Shown here in pieces: positions 17,738 through 26,007 of a stretch of 49,818 bases of DNA. The notes beneath the pieces are model-generated. The model worked only from the letters and a program-made list of their open reading frames with translations, ran no database searches and had not been told where the DNA came from. How positions within the stretch are numbered: position 1 is the first letter of the stretch; every line of letters starts with the position of its first letter. The stretch comes from an uncultured Candidatus Saccharibacteria bacterium (GTDB taxonomy: Bacteria > Patescibacteriota > Minisyncoccia > Minisyncoccales > CAYTKG01), in contig CAZTOB010000001.1 in the NCBI GenBank assembly GCA_964615425.1, positions 6,369 to 56,186 on the forward strand, written 5' to 3'. The position numbers were made by a program, and so were the translations under genes.

Positions 17738-19471
17738 GTGTCTTTAGCGCAGGAGCTTGTTAAAAAAGGAATAATAGGAGAAAAGAAAGCTTCCTCTCTG
17801 GAGTATAAGGCTAAAAGCAAAGACAAGAAGGTAGAGGAAGTTATTTTAGAAAACGGTGTTATTTCAGAAAAAAAACTTTTTGAAATTAAAAGCCGTTTAA
17901 TTGACATACCTTTGAAAAAAGTTTACCCCGAAGACGTGGATCTGGATCTTTTAAAGCTTGTTCCTGGGAAAACAGCAGGACACTACAAGGTTGTTCCTTT
18001 GGGATTTCAAGGTGATGTATTGGAACTGGGGATGGTTTATCCGGAAGACGAAAAAGCAAAAGACGCTATAAACTTTTTGGCAAGACAGGGAGGTTTTGAA
18101 TACAAAATTTATCTTATCACCCCTACCAATTTCAAAGAGATTTATAAAAAATATCGGGGTTTAAAAAAGGAAGTTTCCGAGGCCCTGGAAGAGGCTCAAA
18201 AAAGGGAAAGGGAGGAAAAAGAAAAAAAGAGTCCTAAAAAGGAAACAAAAGGAAAACTAGAGAGGTTAACAGAAAAAACTCCGATTTCTAAAGTGATAGA
18301 CGTTCTTCTAAGACATGCCTTAGAAGGAAGTGCTTCTGACATTCACATTGAACCTTTCGGTAGTAAATTAAGAGTTCGTTTCAGAGTCTTAGGAGACCTT
18401 CATTCTTCGATTTTTCTTCCGGAAAATTATCTTTCTACTCTTGTGGCAAGAGTAAAGATACTATCTGATTTAAGAATTGATGAATCAAGAATACCTCAGG
18501 ACGGCCGTTTTTCAAAGGAGATAGATGGAAGAAAAATAGATTTCCGGGTTTCCACTTTCCCGACGGCTAAAGGAGAAAAGGTAGCTTTACGTATTTTGGA
18601 CCCTAAGGAGGGTTTGAAAAGTTTTGACGATCTTGGTCTTTCAGAAAGGGGATATCAAAAATTAAAAAAATCAGTAGAGCAGCCGGCGGGTATGATTTTG
18701 GTCAGCGGACCTACAGGATCGGGAAAGACAACTACTCTTTACGCCTTGTTACAACACCTTAATAAGGATGAGGTCAATATAGTAACCTTGGAGGATCCTA
18801 TTGAATATTTTCTTCCAGGCCTTAATCAATCTCAGATTAAACCTGAGATTGGATATACTTTTGCCAAGGGATTGAGGTTTGTTTTAAGACAGGACCCCGA
18901 TATTATTATGGTTGGGGAGTTACGAGATGAAGAAAGCGCCATACTGGCTGCCCATGCTGCGTTAGTAGGAGATCTATTATTAGCCACGATTCATACTACT
19001 AACGTTTTAAATGTTCCTACTCGCCTTATTAATCTAGGGGTGAAGCCCTATCTTGTTCCTGTTACGGTGAGTACTATGCTTTCACAGAGACTTGTTCGTA
19101 AACTTTGTGATAACTGCAAGAAAAAAACAAAGCCGAACAAAGAAGAAGAAGAAATTGTTAAAAAAGAACTAGATGGTTTGCCCGAAGACATTAAGAAGAA
19201 AATAGACCTTGACGGTTTTGATATTTGGAAAGAGCAAGGGTGTAGAGAGTGTGAACAAAGAGGTTTTTCCGGGCGGGTAGGTGTTTTTGAGGTCTTAAAC
19301 ATGACAGAGCCTTTGTCGGAAGTTATAATGAGCGGGGATTTGAGTGAATTTAAAATTGCCGAAGAGGCTGAAAGGCAAAAAATGGTAACTATGCGACAGG
19401 ACGCTTTCTTGAAAGTTTTGAAAGGAGAGACTACCATTAAAGAGGCATTATCAGTAGTAAGAGAGAAATAA
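17738..19471 (+). CDS. pilB: Type IV pilus extension ATPase PilB (GspE family), GTG start
   Basis: It has an N-terminal GSPII_E_N-like domain, Walker A SGPTGSGKTT, an Asp box, Walker B IIMVGELRD, a His box and a tetracysteine motif (CDNC...CRECEQRG). Confidence 0.9.
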   Translation: MSLAQELVKKGIIGEKKASSLEYKAKSKDKKVEEVILENGVISEKKLFEIKSRLIDIPLKKVYPEDVDLDLLKLVPGKTAGHYKVVPLGFQGDVLELGMVYPEDEKAKDAINFLARQGGFEYKIYLITPTNFKEIYKKYRGLKKEVSEALEEAQKREREEKEKKSPKKETKGKLERLTEKTPISKVIDVLLRHALEGSASDIHIEPFGSKLRVRFRVLGDLHSSIFLPENYLSTLVARVKILSDLRIDESRIPQDGRFSKEIDGRKIDFRVSTFPTAKGEKVALRILDPKEGLKSFDDLGLSERGYQKLKKSVEQPAGMILVSGPTGSGKTTTLYALLQHLNKDEVNIVTLEDPIEYFLPGLNQSQIKPEIGYTFAKGLRFVLRQDPDIIMVGELRDEESAILAAHAALVGDLLLATIHTTNVLNVPTRLINLGVKPYLVPVTVSTMLSQRLVRKLCDNCKKKTKPNKEEEEIVKKELDGLPEDIKKKIDLDGFDIWKEQGCRECEQRGFSGRVGVFEVLNMTEPLSEVIMSGDLSEFKIAEEAERQKMVTMRQDAFLKVLKGETTIKEALSVVREK

Positions 19472-19473
19472 AA

Positions 19474-19848
19474 ATGAAGAAAAAAATTCTTTTGGTGGAG
19501 GACGATCCTTTGATTGTTAAAATTTACAAGACGCGTTTGGAGGAAGAAGATTTTGAGGTTGAAGTTGTTTCTCAAGGAGAAAAGGTGGTAGATAAATTAA
19601 AGAAAAATGAATTTGATCTTGTTCTTTTGGACATTGTTCTGCCTGAGCTGACGGGTTTTGAGATTTTGAAGAGGATAAAAGGGGAAGGTCTTTTAGAAGA
19701 TTTGAAAGTTTTGATTCTTTCTAACTTAGGGGAGAAGAGAAACGTGGAGAAAGCAAGCAAGCTGGGAGCAGTAAGTTATTTGATAAAGGCCCATCATACC
19801 CCTACCGAGGTTATAGATGAGGTTAAAAAGACTTTAAGCAACGATTAA
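19474..19848 (+). CDS. Stand-alone CheY-like response-regulator receiver domain
   Basis: The acidic pocket is LLVEDD, the phospho-acceptor is in VLLDIVLPELTG, and conserved S (ILSNLG) and K (YLIKAH) are present. There is no output domain (124 aa). Confidence 0.85.
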   Translation: MKKKILLVEDDPLIVKIYKTRLEEEDFEVEVVSQGEKVVDKLKKNEFDLVLLDIVLPELTGFEILKRIKGEGLLEDLKVLILSNLGEKRNVEKASKLGAVSYLIKAHHTPTEVIDEVKKTLSND

Positions 19849-19849
19849 A

Positions 19850-20923
19850 ATGAGTATTTATCCACAAAAAGCGAGAGAAATTTTAAAACTAGCCCTTAAA
19901 GAAAAAGCATCGGACGTTCATTTTTCTAAAGGTCACAAGCCTATCTTAAGAATAGACCGCAGTCTGGTGCCTCTAAAGCGATTTGAAAAATTGCGCGACG
20001 AAGACCTTGAGAAAATAGCTCGGTCTTTCTTGACTGAAAAACAGAGGGTAACGTTGTCTGAAGAGAGAACGGTGGAGTTGTCTTACGAGCTGGAAGAAAG
20101 AGCACGTTTTAGAACCAGTGTTTTTTACCAAAGAGGTTCTATCTCCGTCGCCATGCGTCTTATTCCCGCCGAGATAAAGTCGATAGAAAAACTTAATCTT
20201 CCTCCAGTTCTTCACCGTTTTGCCAAGGCTCCACAAGGGTTTGTTTTGGTTACCGGGCCCTCTTCACAAGGAAAATCAACTACTCTTGCTTCAGTGATTG
20301 AAGAAATAAACAAGAGCCGTTCAGCTCATATAATAACCATTGAGGACCCGATTGAATATTTCTTCGAAGACAAGGAGTCAATAGTCGACCAGAGAGAAGT
20401 TGGCAAAGATACAAAAGGTTTTCAAAAGGCTTTGGAAGAAAGCTTCAGACAAGATCCGGATGTTATTATGTTGGGAGAGATGAGAAGCAAGGAGACAATT
20501 GCCACTGCGATCACCGCTGCCGAAACTGGCCACTTGGTTTTTTCCACCCTACACACCAACAGTTCTTCCCAGGCCATTCATCGGGTTGTCGACAGCTTTC
20601 CCTCTAAGCAGCAGCCGCAGATAAGAAACCAGCTTTCCAGTTCTCTTTTGGGAGTAGTTTCTCAGCGCCTTTTGCCACGAATTAAAGGAGGGCTTGTGCC
20701 TGCTTGTGAGGTGCTTATTTCCACCCCTGCTATTTCTAACCTGATTCGAGAAAATAAGATACACGAGATACCCATGGTGATTGAAACCTCTGCTGATAAA
20801 GGTATGATTACCTTAAACAAGGCTCTTGCTAATCTTGTCAGGGCTAAAGAAATATCTTTAAAAACTGCCGTTAAATATTCTTTAAACCCTGGAGAGTTAA
20901 GACAACTTGTTGGAGATTTTTAA
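19850..20923 (+). CDS. pilT: Type IV pilus retraction ATPase PilT
   Basis: Walker A TGPSSQGKST, ITIEDPIEY, Walker B VIMLGEMR, STLHTNSS and AISNLIRENKIHEI (AIRNLIRE motif) are present. At 357 aa it lacks the PilB N-domain. Confidence 0.9.
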   Translation: MSIYPQKAREILKLALKEKASDVHFSKGHKPILRIDRSLVPLKRFEKLRDEDLEKIARSFLTEKQRVTLSEERTVELSYELEERARFRTSVFYQRGSISVAMRLIPAEIKSIEKLNLPPVLHRFAKAPQGFVLVTGPSSQGKSTTLASVIEEINKSRSAHIITIEDPIEYFFEDKESIVDQREVGKDTKGFQKALEESFRQDPDVIMLGEMRSKETIATAITAAETGHLVFSTLHTNSSSQAIHRVVDSFPSKQQPQIRNQLSSSLLGVVSQRLLPRIKGGLVPACEVLISTPAISNLIRENKIHEIPMVIETSADKGMITLNKALANLVRAKEISLKTAVKYSLNPGELRQLVGDF

Positions 20924-20926
20924 ATT

Positions 20927-22135
20927 ATGAAATTCACTTATCAAGCGAGAACAGAAGAGGGGGAAAGTAAAAAGGGGGTAATTGAAGCTTCTTCACGGGA
21001 AGCTGCTTTGGAGATTCTAAGGCAATACGGGCTTTATCCTACTTCTCTTTCTCCCCACAACAAGTCCTTAAAAGAAATGCTGCCATCAGTTTTTCGCGAT
21101 GTTTCAAGACAAGACGTAATTCTTTTTACAAGGCAGCTTTCTATCATGGTGAGATCTGAAATACCGGTGGTGGAAACATTGGAGACGATTGCTAAGCAGG
21201 TGGACAAGGAAATCTTTAAAGAAAGAATTTTAAAGATGGCTCAGTTTGTTGAAGACGGCCGGCCCTTGTCTGAGGCTATGGAAAATTTTCCTGATATGTT
21301 TTCCGACTTTTATATCGGCATGATAAGAGCGGGGGAGCAAGCGGGTGAGGTTCCTCAAAGTTTGGATTATTTGGCTGATTATTTAGAAAAAAATCAAAAA
21401 TTGAAGGGTCAGCTGGTGGGAGCTCTTCTTTATCCTATTTTTGTTTCTCTTTTCTTTGTCCTTTTAATTTTTGTTATGAGTATTTTTGTTATTCCTAATT
21501 TTAAGACTGTTTTTGAAGACATGGAAATAGAACTGCCTCTTATTACCCAGATTGTGATTAAGGCATCGGAAGTGTTAAGAAGTTGGTGGTGGGTCTTTCT
21601 TGTCTTGTTTTTTGGAGCCGCTAGTTTGATTTTTTACTTTTTTGAAAATGAAGAAACGAAAAAGAAGGCGGATCAGTTTTTACTTGAGGTTCCTTTAATA
21701 AGCGGGCTTTTGAAAAAAGTCTATCTTTCTCGAATCGCACTTAACCTTTCTACCCTCATTTCCAGCGGCGTTCCTATTAGTGACGCTTTAGAAGTTACGG
21801 CTGATTTGGTGGGGAATCATGCTTACAAAGAGATTATCCTTGAAGCAAGAAAAGAGGTAAGATCAGGTAGCGAGATAAGTAGTGTTTTTAAATCTTACCC
21901 CGATAAATTCTCAGTCTTTTTTAATCAGATGATGGTTACGGGAGAAAGGGCGGGAAAGATGGAGTCTACCTTGGGGAACATAGTTACTTTTTATGAAAAA
22001 GAGGTTGACCAAACCTTGGAAAGATTTCTTAAATTTATTGAGCCTGCCCTTATCATCGTTCTTGGTGTTTTGGTGGGCGGTTTAGCACTCTCCTTGTTTA
22101 TTCCGTTGTTTCAACAAGGAGGTCTTGCTATGTAA
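20927..22135 (+). CDS. pilC: Type IV pilus platform protein PilC (GspF family)
   Basis: It has two GspF repeats with three TM helices. The length (402 aa) and position fit PilC. Confidence 0.9.
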   Translation: MKFTYQARTEEGESKKGVIEASSREAALEILRQYGLYPTSLSPHNKSLKEMLPSVFRDVSRQDVILFTRQLSIMVRSEIPVVETLETIAKQVDKEIFKERILKMAQFVEDGRPLSEAMENFPDMFSDFYIGMIRAGEQAGEVPQSLDYLADYLEKNQKLKGQLVGALLYPIFVSLFFVLLIFVMSIFVIPNFKTVFEDMEIELPLITQIVIKASEVLRSWWWVFLVLFFGAASLIFYFFENEETKKKADQFLLEVPLISGLLKKVYLSRIALNLSTLISSGVPISDALEVTADLVGNHAYKEIILEARKEVRSGSEISSVFKSYPDKFSVFFNQMMVTGERAGKMESTLGNIVTFYEKEVDQTLERFLKFIEPALIIVLGVLVGGLALSLFIPLFQQGGLAM

Positions 22136-22156
22136 TTCTTGATTTTCTTTCTTTTT

Positions 22157-22165
22157 TGCTATAAT
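22157..22165 (+). promoter_or_regulatory. Extended -10 box TGCTATAAT upstream of the first major pilin
   Basis: tgctataat ends 24 nt upstream of the ATG at 22189. A TTGATT -35-like hexamer lies 15 nt upstream. Confidence 0.35.
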
Positions 22166-22188
22166 TAACTAGAAATGTGACTTAGAAA

Positions 22189-22638
22189 ATGACAAACTCT
22201 ATTAAAAAAGGTTTCACACTTATAGAACTTTTGGTGGTTATCGCTATTATCGGTATCTTGTCCTCCATCGTTCTTGTAGCTTTAAGAGGAGCCAGAGATC
22301 AGGCCAAGGATGCTCGCATAATCTCCGATATGAGTCAGCTTAGAAGCCTGGCAGAAATTTGGTATAATGGAGAAAGTTATTCTGATTTGAATAGTGGGTG
22401 TGGAAATGGAGTTATGACTTCCGTTGAAGATTGTAATGATTGCGCGGAAAATGAAGTAAGAATGTTGTGCAGTGATATTTTTGATCAAAGTTCCGATCCT
22501 GAGTTGACCTTTTACACTGGAAGCGAATACTGCGTTCAAGTCAATTTAAATGATGGAGACAGTTATTGTGTGGACAGCAGCGGTTATGCAGGCAAAGACA
22601 GCTCTCACAGTTGTGACGGAGGTTTCTCCTGTAATTAA
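22189..22638 (+). CDS. Type IV (major) pilin paralogue 1
   Basis: The class III signal is MTNSIKKG|FTLIELLVVIAIIGILSSIVLVAL (G-1, F+1, E+5). The C-terminal region is Cys-rich and ends SEYCVQVNLNDGDSYCVDSSGYAG. Confidence 0.85.
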   Translation: MTNSIKKGFTLIELLVVIAIIGILSSIVLVALRGARDQAKDARIISDMSQLRSLAEIWYNGESYSDLNSGCGNGVMTSVEDCNDCAENEVRMLCSDIFDQSSDPELTFYTGSEYCVQVNLNDGDSYCVDSSGYAGKDSSHSCDGGFSCN

Positions 22639-22703
22639 TTTTGTCAAACGTTTAATTTAAAAATTAGAAAGGTCGTAATGCATTTAATAACTAATAATAA
22701 AAT

Positions 22704-23111
22704 ATGAACAGAAAAAAAGGTTTCACGCTTATTGAGCTTTTGGTGGTTATCGCTATTATCGGTATCTTGTCCTCCATCGTTCTTGTAGCTTTAAGAGGAG
22801 CAAGGAATAAGGCTAAGGATGGAAGGATTATAGCGGAAATGAGTCAGTTGAGGGGCTTAGCTGAGGTTACTTATGACGGAGGAGCTTATGATATAGCAAG
22901 TCACTCTGACTACACTACTCTACAATCTGATATCGAAGAACAAGCTCCGACAGGCGAAACATTAACCCTCGTAGAAGACAGTGAATATTGTGCTTACATT
23001 CAGTTGAATGAAGGGGACGATTATTGTGTGGACAGTACTGGTTTTGCTGGTGAGGTTAGTGATGCTTCTACTACGTGTAATAGTACTGGGCCTAGTTATA
23101 CCTGCCAATAA
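22704..23111 (+). CDS. Type IV (major) pilin paralogue 2
   Basis: It starts MNRKKG|FTLIELLVVIAIIGILSSIVLVAL. It shares a C-terminal motif with paralogue 1 (SEYCAYIQLNEGDDYCVDSTGFAG). The central region has diverged. Confidence 0.85.
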   Translation: MNRKKGFTLIELLVVIAIIGILSSIVLVALRGARNKAKDGRIIAEMSQLRGLAEVTYDGGAYDIASHSDYTTLQSDIEEQAPTGETLTLVEDSEYCAYIQLNEGDDYCVDSTGFAGEVSDASTTCNSTGPSYTCQ

Positions 23112-23127
23112 TTCTAAAGTGAAAAAA

Positions 23128-23152
23128 GGGCCCGAGACTCGGGCTCTTTTTT
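23128..23152 (+). terminator. Intrinsic terminator after the pilin pair
   Basis: The hairpin gggcccg-agact-cgggctc is followed by tttttt. Confidence 0.7.
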
Positions 23153-23174
23153 CTTTGTGATATAATTTGAAAAT

Positions 23175-23951
23175 ATGTTGGATTTTTTCTTAGTTTTTGT
23201 TTTTGGTCTCTGTATTGGTTCTTTTTTGAACGTGGTTATTTACCGGTTAAAAACAGAAGAATCTGTTCTTTTGACACGTTCTCACTGCCCTCACTGTGGC
23301 CATGAGCTTTCTTTTTGGGACTTGATACCTCTTTTCAGTTTTTTGTTTTTAAAAGGAAGATGTCGTTATTGCAAAAAGAAGATTTCATGGCGCTATCCTT
23401 TGGTGGAATTTACTTCAGGGGTTCTTTTGCTGCTTGTTTTCTTGTTCTTTTATCCGAACCTTGTTTCTTTTTTTTATTATTCTTTTTTAGTTTTTTCTCT
23501 TTTGGTTATTTTTGTCTATGACCTGCGTCATTTTCTCATTCCAGATAAAGTTTTACTGCCGGCTGTTTTTATTGTTTTTCTTTTTCATGCCCTTCAGTTT
23601 TTAAGAGGAGCCAGTGAAATGGAGGATCTTTTTACCTTTTTACTTTCGGGACTTGGTGCGTCATTTTTTTTCTTTTCCTTTTATTTTTTCTCCAAGGGAA
23701 AAGCGATGGGGTTCGGGGACGTGAAGCTTGCCTTTCTTCTCGGCTTGTTTTTAGGGTGGCCTTTGATCGTGCCGGCTCTTTTTCTTACTTTTATTCTCGG
23801 TGGGATAGTTGCGGGTTTTTTACTTTTTTTTACCGAGAAAGGATGGAAAAGCAAAGTCCCTTTCGGCCCCTTTTTAGCTGTTGGAGGGGTTTTAAGTCTT
23901 TTCTGGGGGGAATTTTTAATTCATCTTTACCTTAATTTAGTTCTTTTTTAA
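23175..23951 (+). CDS. pilD: Prepilin peptidase / N-methyltransferase PilD (A24 family)
   Basis: An N-terminal CPHCGHEL...CRYCKKKI zinc motif is present. It is multi-pass, with catalytic Asp contexts VYDLRHFLIPD and GFGDVKL. Confidence 0.85.
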   Translation: MLDFFLVFVFGLCIGSFLNVVIYRLKTEESVLLTRSHCPHCGHELSFWDLIPLFSFLFLKGRCRYCKKKISWRYPLVEFTSGVLLLLVFLFFYPNLVSFFYYSFLVFSLLVIFVYDLRHFLIPDKVLLPAVFIVFLFHALQFLRGASEMEDLFTFLLSGLGASFFFFSFYFFSKGKAMGFGDVKLAFLLGLFLGWPLIVPALFLTFILGGIVAGFLLFFTEKGWKSKVPFGPFLAVGGVLSLFWGEFLIHLYLNLVLF

Positions 23952-23956
23952 GCTTG

Positions 23957-23965
23957 TGGTATAAT
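23957..23965 (+). promoter_or_regulatory. Extended -10 box TGGTATAAT, 7 nt upstream of the ATG at 23972 (candidate internal promoter for the minor-pilin genes)
   Basis: tggtataat ends at 23965 and the ATG is at 23972. This is the same 7-nt spacing seen at 277/284. Confidence 0.3.
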
Positions 23966-23971
23966 TTATTA

Positions 23972-24499
23972 ATGCCAATTTTAAAGAATAAAAAGGGGTT
24001 TACCTTGATGGAGCTTATGGTTTCTTTCGGAGTAGTTGCGCTTTTAGCCGGAGTAGTTTTAGCTCGCTACAGGGTTTTAAGCACTCGTTTTAATATAGTA
24101 AATGAATCTCATAATACGGTGCAGAACTTGCGAACAGTGCAAGAACATTCTATTTCCGGCAAAGAGATAGAAGGATTTCTTCCTGATAGTTTCGGGCTTT
24201 ATCTTGACAGCTCAAACGCGGGTCTTTACCTTCTTTATGCTGATCAGAATAATAATCAGCGCTATGACGTAGGAGAAGAAATGAGAGAAGTTGAATTGGA
24301 AAAGAATTTTTATTTTGACTTAGATGGGGCAAGCGAAGTTGATATTAATTTTGAGGGTCCGAGCCCTGTCACCACTATCTGGGTTGACGATTCTTTAAAA
24401 GAGTCAACAGAGCTTTATATTACTTCTTTAAAAGGATCTCCGCCCGATCAAAAGATACGAGTTAACAAAGGAGGGTTAATTTACACTGATGAAAGATAA
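23972..24499 (+). CDS. Minor pilin / pseudopilin (start moved from TTG 23954 to ATG 23972)
   Basis: The prepilin signal is MPILKNKKG|FTLMELMVSFGVVALLAGVVLA. Confidence 0.7.
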   Translation: MPILKNKKGFTLMELMVSFGVVALLAGVVLARYRVLSTRFNIVNESHNTVQNLRTVQEHSISGKEIEGFLPDSFGLYLDSSNAGLYLLYADQNNNQRYDVGEEMREVELEKNFYFDLDGASEVDINFEGPSPVTTIWVDDSLKESTELYITSLKGSPPDQKIRVNKGGLIYTDER

Positions 24500-24998
24500 A
24501 GGATTTACAATTTTAGAGCTTATCGTTGGTATTTTTATTCTAGTAGTTGGTGTGGTTGGTTCGGCCAATATAATTACGGATTTACTTAGATACACTCGCT
24601 TTACCGCTGACAAAGCTACCGCTTCCTATTTAACTCAGGAAGGATTGGAAATAGCGCGTAATATCAGAGACAGCAACTGGATCCAGGATGAAGATTGGGA
24701 CGCGGGCTTATGCGGAAGCAATAATTGTGAGATAAACCACACTTATTCGTGCTATGGGAGCATTTGGGATGACGAGTCTTTAACTTGCGGGAGCGGGTCA
24801 AATGGAGAAGTAATTTATGAAAACAGCGGATTTTATGATCACAACAGCGTGGGGGATGCAACTATTTTTTCCAGGTTGGTAAAGATAGAAAAGATTTCTC
24901 AAGAAAAGATTGAAGTGTGTTCTAAAACAAGCTGGGATGGTCATAAGATGGAGGCTTGTACCTGGTTATATAATTGGCACGTACCGGAAGAATCATGA
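24489..24998 (+). CDS. Minor pilin / pseudopilin
   Basis: The prepilin signal is MKDKG|FTILELIVGIFILVVGVVG, and the C-terminal region is Cys-rich. It overlaps the upstream gene by 11 nt. Confidence 0.7.
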   Translation: MKDKGFTILELIVGIFILVVGVVGSANIITDLLRYTRFTADKATASYLTQEGLEIARNIRDSNWIQDEDWDAGLCGSNNCEINHTYSCYGSIWDDESLTCGSGSNGEVIYENSGFYDHNSVGDATIFSRLVKIEKISQEKIEVCSKTSWDGHKMEACTWLYNWHVPEES

Positions 24999-25591
24999 TA
25001 AACAAAAAAAACAAAGGGTTTACTATTATAGAGCTTATTATGGGAATCACCATCTTCCTTTTAGTTCTGGGAGGGTTAATTGGTGTTTTTGTTTATAGTC
25101 TTCGTCTACAAAGGAAAATTTTAAAAAAGCAGCAGGTTTTAGCAGAAGTAGCTCTTTTTGACATGGAGTTCATGACTAAAAACTTGAGAATGGCTAAAAG
25201 ACAAGAAAGCGAGACATGTCTTTCCCCGGATATTTTTTATGAAAGTATAGACGGAGGAGAAGGGATTAAGTTTTTAAATAAGCTTCAGGAAGAAGGAGAC
25301 ACTGCTCCTTGCCAAAGCTTCTTTTTAGCGGAGGAAGGCGGAAGGGGGGTTTTAAAATACTGTATGGATGAGACTTGCATTAATGATGGCGGAAGTTCCG
25401 CTTATTCACTTACTTCACCGAACATTGATGTTCAAAGCCTTGATTTTTTAATTCAAGGTCAGGGAACAGATGACAAGTTGCAGCCTAAGGTTACAATTGC
25501 GATTAAATTTACCCACAAGGATTTTGACGAGGTTATTTCTTTACAAACCACTGTTTCGCAAAGAAATTTGGATATAGATACCAGTCCTTAA
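24995..25591 (+). CDS. Minor pilin / pseudopilin (start at ATG 24995, ATGA overlap with the upstream stop)
   Basis: The prepilin signal is MINKKNKG|FTIIELIMGITIFLLVLGG. Confidence 0.7.
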   Translation: MINKKNKGFTIIELIMGITIFLLVLGGLIGVFVYSLRLQRKILKKQQVLAEVALFDMEFMTKNLRMAKRQESETCLSPDIFYESIDGGEGIKFLNKLQEEGDTAPCQSFFLAEEGGRGVLKYCMDETCINDGGSSAYSLTSPNIDVQSLDFLIQGQGTDDKLQPKVTIAIKFTHKDFDEVISLQTTVSQRNLDIDTSP

Positions 25592-25601
25592 GTTAACAAT
25601 A

Positions 25602-26006
25602 ATGAACAACTCTCATCAAAAAGGAATTTCAATTTATATCGTTCTCGTTCTTCTTTTTGTTCTGTTCGGTTTGACGATGGGGCTTAGTGTCTTGATTTTG
25701 GGACAGTTGAAGATTTTAAGCAGTATGGGTGATTCCATCGTAGCTTATTATGCCGGTGAAGCAGGCATTGAAGAAATGATTTATCGAACAAAAACCCAAA
25801 ATGAATTTACTTCGCCTTTGTCTAGCAATTTAGGTAACAATTCTTCTTTTGAAGTGAGCATGTACTGTGCAGAAGGGGTTGGTGAGTGTGTTGATAATTG
25901 TTCAGGAAGCCCATGCACGACTCCTTCCTGGTGTGATATTCGTTTTTGTCCGATTTCGAAAGGAACTTTTCAGGATACAAACCGGGCGGTGCGGGTGAAA
26001 TACTAA
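25602..26006 (+). CDS. PilX-like pilus-associated protein (hydrophobic N-terminus without the G/F-E cleavage signature)
   Basis: It starts MNNSHQKGISIYIVLVLLFVLFGLTMGLSVLILG and has a small Cys-rich domain. It is the last gene of the pilus block. Confidence 0.4.
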   Translation: MNNSHQKGISIYIVLVLLFVLFGLTMGLSVLILGQLKILSSMGDSIVAYYAGEAGIEEMIYRTKTQNEFTSPLSSNLGNNSSFEVSMYCAEGVGECVDNCSGSPCTTPSWCDIRFCPISKGTFQDTNRAVRVKY

Positions 26007-26007
26007 A

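Noticed and set aside
19048-19575. 175-aa antisense ORF, plus many other 60-130-aa antisense or alternative-frame ORFs. Examples lie inside gyrA (1564-4824), recG (10901-12344), tsaD (8026-8798), ligA (26079-27833), ileS (34274-35752) and polX.
   Set aside because: All lie fully inside genes with unmistakable conserved motifs on the other strand or frame. Their translations are low-complexity (Ser/Phe/Lys-rich mirror images of E/K-rich genes), and none has a start-codon context of its own.
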